Source of the DNA: an uncultured delta proteobacterium
Lineage (GTDB): Bacteria; Desulfobacterota; Syntrophobacteria; Syntrophobacterales; Syntrophobacteraceae
Assembly: GCA_963808625.1 (NCBI GenBank)
Contig: CAWEHK010000017.1
Coordinates: 1 to 64,000, forward strand
Direction of reading: 5' to 3'
Length of the DNA stretch: 64,000 nt
The notes under the pieces were generated by a model. The model made no database searches and had not been told where the DNA came from. It saw nothing but the letters and a program-made list of their open reading frames with translations. Positions 1 to 10,721 of the stretch are shown here, piece by piece; position 1 is the stretch's first letter; each line of letters starts with the position of its first letter. A program made the position numbers and the translations under genes.

Positions 1-922
1 ATCGACGAAACGGTCTACCTTGGCAATCAGGTTGAATCGTTCAACGTGGGGAAGGAGGATGGCGTTGCAGACACCGTGAGGCAGGTTGTAGAAACCACCC
101 AACTGGTGAGCCATCGCATGAACATGTCCGAGGCTGGCATTGTTGAACGCCATGCCTGCCAGGTATTCGGCATACGCCATGTTGTCGCGGGCGAGCATAT
201 CGGCGCCGTTGGCCACGGCGGCCCGGAGGTTGCCGGCGATGAGCTGGATCGCCTTAAGCGCACAGGCATCGGTTACCGGGGTGGCAATGATCGAAACATA
301 GGCTTCAACGGCGTGGGTCAGGGCGTCCATACCGGTGGCGGCGGTCAGTGCCGGGGGCATGCCGGCCATGAGCAGAGGGATCGTTGATCGCCAGGTTGGG
401 GGTTACCCGCCAGTCAACGATGGCCATTTTCACGTGGTTGCTGGTGTTGGTGATGATGCAGAAGCGGGTCATTTCACTGGCCGTGCCGGCGGTGGTGTTG
501 ATGGCAATGAAAGGCGGCATGGGCTTGGTGGATTTGTCAACGCCTTCGTAGTCCCGGATATTGCCGCCGTTGGTGGAAACGATGCCGATCCCCTTGGCGC
601 AGTCGTGGGAGCTGCCGCCACCGAGGGAGATGATCAGGTCGCACTTTTTGTCCTGGAAAACCTTGAGGCCGTCATGAACGTTCGTGTCGGTCGGGTTGGG
701 CACGGTTTCATCAAAAACCACGCAATCAACGCCCGCGTCCTGCTTGACCAGGTCAACGATCTGCTGGGTCACGCCGAACTTGGTAAGGCCCTTGTCGGTA
801 CAGATAAAAGGCTTCTTGCCGCCAAGAACCTTCACCTGCTTGCCGATTTCTTTGTGAGCGCCTACGCCCATCAGGGTAACCGTAGGAATGAAAAATCCGT
901 AAACTTGTTCGCCAACTGCCAT
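1..922 (-). CDS. Iron-containing alcohol dehydrogenase (runs off window start; frameshift near 370)
   Basis: Motifs [17 protein letters not shown] and [20 protein letters not shown] across two frames; ATG at 922 preceded by AGGAG. Confidence 0.93.
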
Positions 923-1059
923 GGTGTTTCTCCTTGTATGTTCTTGTGTGTTAGAGAGTATCTGCGTCGTTGTTTGAAGCCGGAAAATCATCTCCCGGGC
1001 CCGGGAGACGAGTTGCATCAGCTTCAGTGTCCTTTGGTGGCGTCGCCGCTTCTTCTTTA

Positions 1060-1076
1060 AGCAAAACTCGGGCCAA
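1060..1076 (-). promoter_or_regulatory. Sigma-54 (-24/-12) promoter for the ADH gene
   Basis: Minus strand reads TTGGCCCGAGTTTTGCT, matching TGGCACG-N4-TTGC with exact spacing, about 140 bp upstream of the ATG. Confidence 0.7.
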
Positions 1077-1266
1077 GATAGTTTTATTGTGTTTTTGGTA
1101 TGTTATATTCTGTGTGATGATTGGGAGTGTACGGATGCAAGTCTTCATGACACACTGGCCACCGTTCCGTTTCACTGGTTGTCATTATTTTTGCATTGAT
1201 GTTAGGGATTTAGACGAAATGCGTCAAATCGCCCCACATGCCGGGCATTTTGGGTCATTCTGATAC

Positions 1267-2010
1267 ATGGGCGGTTTGAGGTTGCATGGACAGCGATCCC
1301 TCTCAAAGATTTTTATTCGTTTTCCTGGGGAAAGCCGACTCGCCAGGTTTCGACTCCGGGAGAAGCGTTTCCTGGTGAAGGTCCAAGCCGAAGGGGAGGA
1401 GTTCTGGGTCCACTGCAACAATTCGGGCAGCATGCTGGGACTCCTGAGGCCGGGGAGCATGGTCCTGATCTCGCCGGCCCTGCGCCGGGACCGACGACTG
1501 CCCTACACCTTGGAGCTGGTCGCATTAGACCCCATCTGGGTGGGGGTGAATACGCTGGCGCCCAACCGCATTCTCCATCTGGCCTGGAAAGGAGGAGTGC
1601 TGCCCGAGGTGGCCGGCTACGAGCACTATAAGAGCGAAGCCAGGAGCGGGCTGAGCCGCCTCGATGCCATGCTCTCCGGTCCCGAAGGGTCCCTCTGGAT
1701 CGAGACCAAAAATGTGACCCTCGTTGAAGATGGGGTGGCTTATTTTCCGGATGCCGTGACCAGCCGGGGCCAAAAGCACCTGCGGGAGTTGATCCATCTG
1801 GCTCGTGAGGGCGTGCGGGCAGCCTGCTTCTATCTGGTGCAAAGAGCCGATGCCCGCTGCTTCGGCCCGGCCGACTTCATTGATCCGGAATTTGCAGCGC
1901 TTTTTTGGGAGGCAATCGAAGCAGGGGTCGAGATGTGGCCCTACCGGGCGCTCGTCTCTCCGGAAGGAATCGGATTGGGGCCCCGTTTGCCTTTGCAGCA
2001 TCCGGGGTAA
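1267..2010 (+). CDS. sfsA: DNA/RNA nuclease SfsA
   Basis: HCNNSGSMLGL, IETKNVTL and FPDAVTSRGQKHLREL motifs. Confidence 0.93.
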   Translation: MGGLRLHGQRSLSKIFIRFPGESRLARFRLREKRFLVKVQAEGEEFWVHCNNSGSMLGLLRPGSMVLISPALRRDRRLPYTLELVALDPIWVGVNTLAPNRILHLAWKGGVLPEVAGYEHYKSEARSGLSRLDAMLSGPEGSLWIETKNVTLVEDGVAYFPDAVTSRGQKHLRELIHLAREGVRAACFYLVQRADARCFGPADFIDPEFAALFWEAIEAGVEMWPYRALVSPEGIGLGPRLPLQHPG

Positions 2011-2083
2011 GGTCCGGCCCCGGAAATGCCGGCCTGTCCGAAAAGCACCCTTTGAACCGTCAGCTTCCCTGCCGGATAGCTCC

Positions 2084-2633
2084 TTAGAACGTCCAATAGG
2101 GCCTGTAGTATAAGGAAGGATAGAAATAAGGGGGGGCAAACCCGTACCAGTAGGGGCCTGGATAAGGGCCATAAGGCATGGGATAGGATTTCCAGAGATA
2201 GGTCTCTCGAGCGTCAACGAGAGGGTATGCGTATTCCATTTCCCCCAGCGGTTCGACCCTCTTGCCGACGATCCTTCCCGCCACCGTAAGCATCCTTCCT
2301 TTGCGGTAAACCTCCGGGTCGGCATAGCCCTGCACTTGAGCCACGAATCTTCCCAGGCTCATTTCTTCATCTTCGGGCATCCCCGTATAATCAATGGGTA
2401 TCTGCAGGACCTTGATCAGGGTCTGGCCTTTCTCATTGAGCGTGTCGATGATCCTTCCACCCCAGATTATGGTCTCTCCTGCGTAGGCTTCAGGATTCGC
2501 AAGCACGGCAGAGAAGGACAGATCGTTCCGCGCCTTCGCTCGCATCTCTGAGGAGATGACATGGGCACAGCCGCTAAGCCAGAAGATCAAGGCCGATAAC
2601 GATGAGGGACCTCACCAGTCGGTTAGCGTTCAT
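2084..2633 (-). CDS. Slp family outer-membrane lipoprotein (frameshift in signal peptide)
   Basis: Lipobox LSGC; WGGRII, GRFVA and YRKGRMLTVAG motifs; Tyr/Pro-rich tail. Confidence 0.85.
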
Positions 2634-2886
2634 CGCTTCCTCCGAATGCAGCGGAAAATATTCAGGTCGTCCTTCAGGAGGACGAGTTCAGCGCACCGTG
2701 AATTTTAACTGACTCCGGCATTCGAGGAAATGCTCGTTGCCCTTCATGACGAAGCCGGCGTGCGAAAAGGGAATCAGTAGGCCGGGATGTGCAAGAGAGC
2801 ACTTGCTCATGGCGCCCTTCCTGATAATCTGAGAAGAATCGCTGGCAGGTGGTTGCGCAGCGAAAATCAGTGCAAGGACGGTGAAT

Positions 2887-4185
2887 ATGTCGGAGAGGCT
2901 TCGCGTAACCTCAGGTGTCAGTCAGTTGGACCGTCTTCTCGGAGGTCTTTTTATCGGTGACAATGTCGTCTGGCTTGACGATTCGGGGAGTCTGGCATCG
3001 GTTTATTGTCTCAATTTCATGCAGGCTTCGCAGCTTCAGGATAAGCCGATCATCTATGTCACCTTTGACCGCTCCCCCAGGAATCTGTTGGAGAAGCTCG
3101 GACCTCTGGCCGAAGATCCGTCCCTGACCATCATGGACTGCTTCACGTGCGGCAAGGGAGCCAGTTCATCGATCTTCATGAAGTTCTACGATGAGCCCGA
3201 TTCCGAATGGCCCTGCACCATCATCAAGGTGGACGAACCGCGGAACATGGAGCAGGTCATGAATGTCCTCTATGGCATCCATGAGACCATGAAGGGCGAC
3301 GTCAGGCTGGTCTTCGAGAGTATCACCGGGATGCAGGAGATATGGGGAGGAGAGGATCAGTTGCTCAATTTCTACTCCCATTCGTGTCCGAGGCTGTACG
3401 AGCTTAACACCATCGCTTACTGGGTCATGGAAAAGCGGGCTCACTCCCCGCGTCTTCGAGCCAATATCAGTCAGGTCGCCCAGGTGGTCATCAGCCTGGA
3501 CATCAAGAGAGGGACCACCTCCCTGACGGTCATCAAAGCGGAGAAACGGAACCTCGAGAACCTTCACAAGCCTCACAACTACTGGGTCAAGGACCTGACC
3601 ATAACCTTTGATGAAGAAAAGCGCACTACGGGCGGGGTGGACCTCGGACTGCGCCTTAAGGAACTGCGCACGAAACGGGGACTCTCGCAGACGGAACTCG
3701 CAAAACTGGTGGGGGTGACGCCAAGCACCATCTCCCAGGTGGAAAGCAACCTCATCTACCCGTCGCTGCCTGCCCTCCTGAAAATGGCCGAGGTGCTTTC
3801 CATCGACGTAAGTTCTTTCTTCCAGGAGACCAGCGAAGTAAAGAAGCGGCTTGTCTTTCCCGGGACAGAGGCGGCAGAGGTGCGTTTTTCCGAGTTGCCG
3901 GAGGGAAGCATCTCGGCAAAACTGCTGACTCCGGTTGACTTTGATCCGAAGGCCGAACCTTATCTTATTGAGATTCCACCGAATAAGAGCATTTCGTCGC
4001 ATTTTTTCATCCACAAGGGCGAAGAGATCGGCTATCTCCTTTCAGGAAAGCTCCACGTCAAGCTCGAGAAAGCCGCTTACACCCTGCGCTCGGGAGATGT
4101 CGTCTACCTCACGTCCGAGATGCCGACCGAATGGAGGAACCCCGGCCCCAGCCCAGCCAGGCTCCTCTGGATTAAGATCAAGTAG
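2887..4185 (+). CDS. Transcriptional regulator: RAD55/KaiC-like domain + XRE HTH + cupin
   Basis: N-terminal SGVSQLDRLLGG; HTH LSQTELAKLVGVTPSTISQVE; cupin HKGEEIGYLLSG. Confidence 0.85.
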   Translation: MSERLRVTSGVSQLDRLLGGLFIGDNVVWLDDSGSLASVYCLNFMQASQLQDKPIIYVTFDRSPRNLLEKLGPLAEDPSLTIMDCFTCGKGASSSIFMKFYDEPDSEWPCTIIKVDEPRNMEQVMNVLYGIHETMKGDVRLVFESITGMQEIWGGEDQLLNFYSHSCPRLYELNTIAYWVMEKRAHSPRLRANISQVAQVVISLDIKRGTTSLTVIKAEKRNLENLHKPHNYWVKDLTITFDEEKRTTGGVDLGLRLKELRTKRGLSQTELAKLVGVTPSTISQVESNLIYPSLPALLKMAEVLSIDVSSFFQETSEVKKRLVFPGTEAAEVRFSELPEGSISAKLLTPVDFDPKAEPYLIEIPPNKSISSHFFIHKGEEIGYLLSGKLHVKLEKAAYTLRSGDVVYLTSEMPTEWRNPGPSPARLLWIKIK

Positions 4186-4262
4186 TGATTATGGGTTTGA
4201 TGGTTTTCTGGTCCTTACCCTCCCTCAAAAGGCTGAAGGCATAAGCACCAACCTAGAGGATC

Positions 4263-4430
4263 TCGAATATCGAACAAGGAACCGAAGAATATCGAAGGAG
4301 AATTGGGATCTTGATCTTGACCGGACGTTGATTGGTTTTGCCGTTCGAGTTATTCGAACAACAGAAAACTTGATGGCCCGACAAAACTACAGAGAACTTC
4401 ACAATTCGAAATTCCTTGTTCGATATTCGA
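4263..4430. repeat. 19-bp perfect inverted repeat enclosing a four-helix-bundle gene remnant
   Basis: TCGAATATCGAACAAGGAA (4263-4281) and TTCCTTGTTCGATATTCGA (4412-4430); interior reads DLDRTLIGFAVRVIRTTENL. Confidence 0.75.
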
Positions 4431-4547
4431 TATTCATCTTTTCCATTAAGCAGTGGGACCAGTTGGCTCGATGCATATGCCCCCTGCCACCCCTTCGAGA
4501 ATTAGGGAGGCAGGGGGAGGAACGCAGGGATTTATTCCGGTCTGGTC

Positions 4548-6140
4548 TTAGCTGTTGAGGATGGCTTCCGCTTCGTCCCGGTAGGCATCCATAAGGTAGG
4601 GGATGCCGGTCACCTTGGTGCATTCTTCGGTAAGTGACATGAGGTCTTTGCGGCTGATGGTGCTGACGTTAAAGCTCCTCGCGCCCGCCATCAGCTGCTG
4701 CAGACCTACCTTGAGCTTGTCACAGTAGCTGTAGAGTCCAACCGCTCCCAGCGGAATATTTTCAATCTCATCGTTTCCGACGATGTCTTTTACCGTTTCA
4801 TAGTTCAGGAAAATTTCCTCTTTCATGTTACCGTACTGGCTGACCGTCTTGGGGAGATCGCTCTTTTCGAGCCACTCGCCGATGTTCTTTCCGACCATAC
4901 CCGGAATCATCAGGGCACGTCCCATGCAGACCGCTTTGACAAAGGGGGCGCCGAGCGCCAGGGCCTTGAAGACACCATCTTCACTGGAGAAGCCGCCGGC
5001 AAAGGCAATGTGGGGAGCGCGTTCGCCGCGGGCGGCCAGCTTCTGGCAGAACTCATAGGCTGCGGAATGCAAATAGATGGAGGGGACACCCCATTCGCTC
5101 ATCATCCGCCATGGGCTCATCCCGGTCCCACCCGGAGCGCCATCGATCGTGAGCAAATCGATTTTAGCCTTGGAACCCCATTTGATGGCCATGGCCAGTT
5201 CCCGCAAACCGTAGGCGCCGGTTTTCAGCGTGACCCGCTTGAAGCCCAACTTACGCAGGCGTTCAACCTCGGCATAGAAACCTTCTTCATCGATAAAGCC
5301 AAGGCGACTATGGCGCTCGAATTCCTTGATCGCCCGGAACTTATAGGCGGTCTGCACGACCGGGCTCGAAGGATCGGGAGTGACGATGTAGCCTCTTCGC
5401 TGAAGTTCGAGCGCGCGGTCCAATTTGCGCACTTTGATTTCACCACCGATGCACTTGGCTCCCTGACCCCACTTGAGCTCGATGCTGTCGAACCCGTGCT
5501 TGTTGATGATATATTCGGCGACGCCCAGGCGGGTGTCTTCGACGTTCATCTGCACAAGCATTTCGCCAAAACCCTGATGATAGCGCTTGTAGACGGAAAT
5601 ACGGCGATCCATTTCCGGCGAGTTGACGATCTTCTTGTCGGTGTTGAGCTCCAGGTCTGGATCAATGCCGCAGACATTCTCGCCGCATACCAGCGTGATC
5701 CCGCCAAGCGCCGCCCCTACCGCAAAATGTTCCCAGTTATGCCGGGCAATGTCCGTGGACCCCAAGGCCCCGGTAAATACCGGCAAGCGCATCTTCACCT
5801 TGGAGTTCCAACCATATTCGGTTTCCGTGTTGACCGCAGGGAAAATTGCCGTATCGGGACCGCCCTCAACACCCGGAGGCAAGCCTTGTGCGCCCATGGC
5901 ATAACCCTGAATGTTGAGATGGGAATAGTCAATCGGATAGTCCTTATCCGCCCCCGCCGTGATTTGACCGAACGGACCGGGATAGAGGACCTCCCGGCCG
6001 CGGAAGGTGGCCCTGAAAACCTCGCAATTACCCCTACAACCATCAATACAGCGGGAACAAATACCGCTCATGGGAACGACGTTTTTGGAACGGTTGAAGG
6101 TCAAAGTTGCATCATTGGAATTGGGTCTGCTCAAGTTCAT
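4548..6140 (-). CDS. FMN-binding glutamate synthase family protein
   Basis: ELKWGQGAKCIGGE, IDGAPGGTGMSP and KALALGA motifs; N-terminal CxxCxxxCxxxC. Confidence 0.9.
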   Translation of the reverse strand: MNLSRPNSNDATLTFNRSKNVVPMSGICSRCIDGCRGNCEVFRATFRGREVLYPGPFGQITAGADKDYPIDYSHLNIQGYAMGAQGLPPGVEGGPDTAIFPAVNTETEYGWNSKVKMRLPVFTGALGSTDIARHNWEHFAVGAALGGITLVCGENVCGIDPDLELNTDKKIVNSPEMDRRISVYKRYHQGFGEMLVQMNVEDTRLGVAEYIINKHGFDSIELKWGQGAKCIGGEIKVRKLDRALELQRRGYIVTPDPSSPVVQTAYKFRAIKEFERHSRLGFIDEEGFYAEVERLRKLGFKRVTLKTGAYGLRELAMAIKWGSKAKIDLLTIDGAPGGTGMSPWRMMSEWGVPSIYLHSAAYEFCQKLAARGERAPHIAFAGGFSSEDGVFKALALGAPFVKAVCMGRALMIPGMVGKNIGEWLEKSDLPKTVSQYGNMKEEIFLNYETVKDIVGNDEIENIPLGAVGLYSYCDKLKVGLQQLMAGARSFNVSTISRKDLMSLTEECTKVTGIPYLMDAYRDEAEAILNS

Positions 6141-6659
6141 GCTGCATTTCTCCCTTTTACTGTAGTTGATTGCTCCCTGGTCAATATTGACATCTGCAGG
6201 TGCGAACAAAGGGGTCCGCTTGGACCGCGCATCCTCCTTGCGCGCCGAGCAAGAAACAGTCTGAGGCCATTCCGAGATCGCAGACAGCGACGACCTGTTA
6301 GACACACTTACTGGCGCGGAAAATTCTATAAGCTGTGCTTAATGCCTTTGTCAAGAGGTTTTGCTTGCGAGTTGCCGGCTGAAGCAAGGCCCTCTCAAGA
6401 GGGCCCCGGGCTGCCCGTTTGGACTTGATATTTGGTCGAACCCTTACTTTTTCAGTTGCCGGACGCGGTTATCTGGCTTACAAAACACGGAGGCAACTCG
6501 CATCGCAAACGAAGTCGAACCGACACGAGGGGAGAAGCTTATGGCTGCGTGACATTGCCTGGCAGGAGAGGAATTTCCATTTCGGAGGGACGGAACGGCT
6601 TTTCATTCTGAAATCCGACATCCGACATCCGACACCCGAAATTAGCTTGAAGACTTCCC

Positions 6660-8594
6660 ATGGAAACAACCATATCTGAGCTCACCGCCTGCACCCTGGA
6701 TTGCCCTGACGGCTGTTCGCTGGTGATTACCCGCGACGCTCTGGGCAACGTCGGCATAAGAGGCAATCCGTCACATCCTTTTACGGCCGGCTTTACCTGC
6801 CGGAAGATCAGGGACTTTGTCGCACGCCTCCGCAGTCCCAATCGGATTACCAGTCCCATGCTCCGTCGAGGTGGCGGCTGGCAGCCTGTGAGCTGGGAGG
6901 AAGCGCTGGACCTTTGCGCCAAAAAGATCCAGCAGTACCGGGGGGAGCCGGCATCGATCCTGCACTTTCACGGGGAAGCGATAAAGGGGGCCCTCAAGCA
7001 ATCGAGCAAGCTTTTTTTTGCGCGACTGGGCACCAGCCGAGTGCGGGGCTCACTCTGTGATGCGGCCGGATACGTCGCCTATGTCAACGATTTCGGTTCG
7101 CGGAAGAACCATGACCTTGCCGACCTGCTCAATTCGGGCCGAATTGTCAACTGGGGCAAGGACCTTTCGCGCAGCTCCATCCATACTGCGGCCATGGTCC
7201 GCAAAGCCCGACAGCACGGTGCAAAAATGCTGACCATCTCCCCCGGGGGCGACGGCAATGACCCTTTTACCGATGAATGGGTGCGGATTTCTCCGGGCTC
7301 GGACCGATTTCTGGCCGCTGCCGTGATTCACATGCTCATCAGCGACGGCCGAGTACCTGATGAGATTCTCTCTCATGCCAACAATTGGAAGACCTTTCGG
7401 GAAATCATCCGAAGTTACCCCTTGGAGCACCTGGCGGCGCTTTGCGATGTGACCTTCCTGGATATCCAGCGGGTTTATTCCTGGTACACCGAGGGCGGCC
7501 CTGCGGCGACCATTGTCGGTGCGGGCCTGCAGCGATACTCCTTCGGCGGGGAAACCGTCCGGTTGATCAATGCGCTTGCTCTCCTTTCAGGAAATATTGG
7601 TCGTTCCGGCGGCGGCAGCTATTATCACCTGCATTCGCTGAGGAACCTCAACCTTGATTGGACCAAAGACCCGGAAAACAAGCCGCGCCGCTCCTTCCTG
7701 ATGCCCATTATCGGTCGCAGCATCCTCGAAGCCAATTACCCACCGGTCAGAATGATCTGGGTAAACGGTTCCAATGTCGTTAACCAGGCGCCCAACATGC
7801 ATGAAACGCTCCGGGCGTTCAAAGCCATTCCGTTCAAGGTGGTGGTTGATGCCTTCATGACCGATACCGCGGAGTGCGCCGATGTGGTCCTGCCCTGCGC
7901 CCTGATGTTCGAGCAGGAAGACATTGGCGTCTCCTACCTGCACGACTTCGTCCACCACGTGCGGGAGATTTTCCCACCGCCGGGGGAGGCGAGGAGTGAC
8001 CACTGGATTCTCTCCGAGCTTGGAAAGCGGCTCGACCCGCCCATTCGGCTTCCGGAGGCCGAAGCCTGCCTGAGAGCTTCCCTGAATTCGCCCGCTCTTT
8101 CAACTTCCCTTGAAGAGCTTCGCGAGAGGCACTTCGTTGAGGCGAAGCACTCGCCAGTGGCCTATGCCGGAATGCGGTTCGACCACCCGGACGGGAAGTA
8201 TCGACTGCCAACCGAGCTCCACGAGGAGCCGCCACCGCCCGAAGACTACCCGCTTCGCCTGCTGACGTTGATTCGGGGCGATGCGATTCATTCGCAAATT
8301 CTTCCGGAACGCCACACGGCCCCTCCCACGGTCTGGATCGCACCCGACTGCCTGTCGCTGGGGCACCTGAATCTGCTGGAGGATGTCTACCTTGTATCCC
8401 CGCTCGGGCGGCTCAAAGTAGTGGTAGAGGTGACTCCCGGCCTGCACCCGCAGGTTGTGATTTACCGTCGTGGCGACTGGATGAAGCTCGGGGGAGGAGT
8501 GAATCAGCTCATTGCCGCCGCGTTGACCGACCTGGGGAACGGGTCTCCCTTCTACCAACAATACGTAAGGCTTGAAAACAGCAGAACGGATTAA
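6660..8594 (+). CDS. Molybdopterin-dependent oxidoreductase
   Basis: CTLDCPDGC...C Fe-S motif, DAFMTDTAECADVVLP and PPGEARSD; C-terminal molybdopterin-binding domain. Confidence 0.9.
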   Translation: METTISELTACTLDCPDGCSLVITRDALGNVGIRGNPSHPFTAGFTCRKIRDFVARLRSPNRITSPMLRRGGGWQPVSWEEALDLCAKKIQQYRGEPASILHFHGEAIKGALKQSSKLFFARLGTSRVRGSLCDAAGYVAYVNDFGSRKNHDLADLLNSGRIVNWGKDLSRSSIHTAAMVRKARQHGAKMLTISPGGDGNDPFTDEWVRISPGSDRFLAAAVIHMLISDGRVPDEILSHANNWKTFREIIRSYPLEHLAALCDVTFLDIQRVYSWYTEGGPAATIVGAGLQRYSFGGETVRLINALALLSGNIGRSGGGSYYHLHSLRNLNLDWTKDPENKPRRSFLMPIIGRSILEANYPPVRMIWVNGSNVVNQAPNMHETLRAFKAIPFKVVVDAFMTDTAECADVVLPCALMFEQEDIGVSYLHDFVHHVREIFPPPGEARSDHWILSELGKRLDPPIRLPEAEACLRASLNSPALSTSLEELRERHFVEAKHSPVAYAGMRFDHPDGKYRLPTELHEEPPPPEDYPLRLLTLIRGDAIHSQILPERHTAPPTVWIAPDCLSLGHLNLLEDVYLVSPLGRLKVVVEVTPGLHPQVVIYRRGDWMKLGGGVNQLIAAALTDLGNGSPFYQQYVRLENSRTD

Positions 8595-8615
8595 CTTAAG
8601 GAGCTTTTCAATCTC

Positions 8616-9300
8616 ATGGCGCTTTCATCGCAAGTTGTACAAGCGGAAATTGTTGATTTCTGTGAGCAATGCGCTCGCGGTCTGGACGGACTGACCAGCC
8701 ATAAAGCCCGAATCGAGTTTATCTCCATGGAGCTGCCCCGGTTACTCCTCAACAGGGAATTGATTGCCGGGCCTTCTGAACAATCTCGTTGATGGTGAAG
8801 GCTATCCTGACGCCCGCCGTCCGACCATGTTCGACAATGAAGTGCCGCTTTACCTGGACCCTCAAGGTCTTTTTTCCTTGCGCATGTATCTCTGGGGGCC
8901 CATGGAATACACCTATCCCCACGACCACAATTCATGGGGAGTGATCGGTACGGCATCGGAGGGCTATGAAGTGATCAACTATCGGCGTCTGGATGATGAG
9001 AGCCATGAGGGATATGCCCGCTTAGCGGAAGTGGAAAGGATGCGGTTGCAGGCCGGGGAGACCGCTTTCACGCTGCCCTTCAGCAAGGGTATCCACAAAA
9101 CCGGCAATGGCACCAAGGGCAGTATCGCCACGCTCCACTTCTATGGAAAGACGCTGTCCCGGGGTTATCTGAACGGGTTCGATATTGCCAACAACCGCGT
9201 CTATCGGATTTTTCCTCCAAGACAGAAGAAACAGTTGCTGGCAAGGCAGGCTTTGGACTTCCTGGAAAGCAGAGTCGAGGAGCACACCCTGCCAGAGTAA
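8616..9300 (+). CDS. Cysteine dioxygenase-like cupin protein (frameshift near 8770)
   Basis: PHDHNSWG, GIHKTGN and TLHFYG motifs; ATG at 8616 with AAGGAG upstream. Confidence 0.75.
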
Positions 9301-9317
9301 GAACAACGGTCAAGGTC

Positions 9318-9557
9318 TCAATCGAGTGTTTCCAAGTAGGCACTTAAGGAATCGATATCCTGAGAGGGCTCAAGCTCATCCCCGGACCGCAAGTCAAAAA
9401 TCCCCACCCGGACGGGCTCATCCAGTGAGCTGGGCAGGCCCTCCTCGCTAATGTCGGTGACCATCACAAAGGCGCGCTTCCCGTTGTGATTCACCCATTT
9501 TGTATAGGACGCCTTCCCCGCGCAACTTGCCGCAATACGAAACCCCTTCTTCTCCAT
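9318..9557 (-). CDS. Small hypothetical protein
   Basis: About 80-aa ORF (MEKKGFRIAASC...) with plausible composition and a GAGG RBS. Confidence 0.6.
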   Translation of the reverse strand: MEKKGFRIAASCAGKASYTKWVNHNGKRAFVMVTDISEEGLPSSLDEPVRVGIFDLRSGDELEPSQDIDSLSAYLETLD

Positions 9558-9613
9558 TACCTCGTCTACGCCCATCAGTAGCCTCACCTTTTTGGGGGAT
9601 TACCCTTATTTCA

Positions 9614-9669
9614 AACCACGAAGGACACGAAGAGCACGAAGGAATCAATCCTTCGTGCTCTTCGTGGTT
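9614..9669. repeat. Palindromic CACGAAG-unit REP-like element
   Basis: CACGAAGAGCACGAAGGA (9626-9643) is inverted at 9649-9666. Confidence 0.75.
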
Positions 9670-9699
9670 AAGGACCAAGCCTGACTTGCAGACAACTCC

Positions 9700-10476
9700 T
9701 TACCGTTCACGCCACTCCGGCTTTCTCCTCTCCAGAAACGCCTTCACCCCTTCCCCGGCATCTTCCGTGGCGGCAAGAGCAGCAAAAAGCTCGCCGAGGT
9801 AATCCAGGGCCTGGTCGTAGGGAAGGTCCTGCATCGCGTAGATGCCGGTCTTGCCAATCTGCAGGGCCAGCGGGCTCTTGGCGGCCAGCTTGGTGGCCAG
9901 TTCCAGGGTGGCGGCTTCGAGTTGATCCTTTGGCACCACTTTGTTGACCAGCCCCAGCCTTTCCGCTTCGGCCGCGGTGATGATGTCGCCCGTGAGCACC
10001 ATTTCCAGGGTCTTCTTGCGCCCGACGTTGCGGGCCAGCGGTGCCGCCGGTCCCAGACAGATGAGCCCGACATTGATGGCCGTCGTCCCGAATTTGGCAT
10101 CGTCCGCCGCAATCGTCAGGTCACAGGCAAACGACAGGCCGGAGCCATTGGCGAGGGCATAGCCTTTGACCGAGGCAATCACCGGTTTCTTCATCTTGGC
10201 GATGGTGTGGTTGTGCTCGTCCATCAGGCGAATGAACTCACGGTACTCCTTGTGGCTCTTGTTCTTGAATTCGGCAAGGGAGATACCAGTGGAAAAATGT
10301 TTACCGGCCCCCCTGATCACCACAACTCGCACCTCCGGGTCCTTGTCCATTTCCCAGAGGGCGTCATTGAGTTCACGGGCAAAGGGCACGTTAAAGGTGT
10401 TCATCTCTTCCGGGCGATTCAGAGTGATAAATCCAATGAGGTCCTTCTTTTCCACAAGAACGTTGGTGTAAGCCAT
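9700..10476 (-). CDS. Enoyl-CoA hydratase/isomerase family protein
   Basis: ITLNRPE, KPVIASVKGYALANG, AERLGLVNKVV and EGVKAFLERRKP motifs. Confidence 0.93.
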   Translation of the reverse strand: MAYTNVLVEKKDLIGFITLNRPEEMNTFNVPFARELNDALWEMDKDPEVRVVVIRGAGKHFSTGISLAEFKNKSHKEYREFIRLMDEHNHTIAKMKKPVIASVKGYALANGSGLSFACDLTIAADDAKFGTTAINVGLICLGPAAPLARNVGRKKTLEMVLTGDIITAAEAERLGLVNKVVPKDQLEAATLELATKLAAKSPLALQIGKTGIYAMQDLPYDQALDYLGELFAALAATEDAGEGVKAFLERRKPEWRER

Positions 10477-10721
10477 GATGCTTCTCCTTTGCTGATTGGG
10501 TCCCCAAATGAATCATGCCGTTTTCCTCGAGTGCTTCAGGACAAAGCAGAAGGGGCACGACGGCCTGTGTTCAGTTAGAGGAGTCCCAAAAAGGGGGTGG
10601 GCTGAGCCCACCCTGCGAGCCAAGCACTTCGAACATGCTTTCATATGGAACTGCGCTCAGCGCAGCCTCTGCCGGGGCCTTCCAAAATCGTAGCAAAACT
10701 GAACCACGGCAGCCGAAAAAC

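Noticed and set aside
6141..6310. Glutamine riboswitch ahead of the glutamate synthase-family gene
   Set aside because: No match to the glnA-motif consensus as recalled.
5010..6428. Long antisense or alternate-frame ORFs (also 24822-26180, 38775-39866, 60388-61515)
   Set aside because: They are shadows of well-supported genes in GC-rich DNA and have no recognisable motifs.
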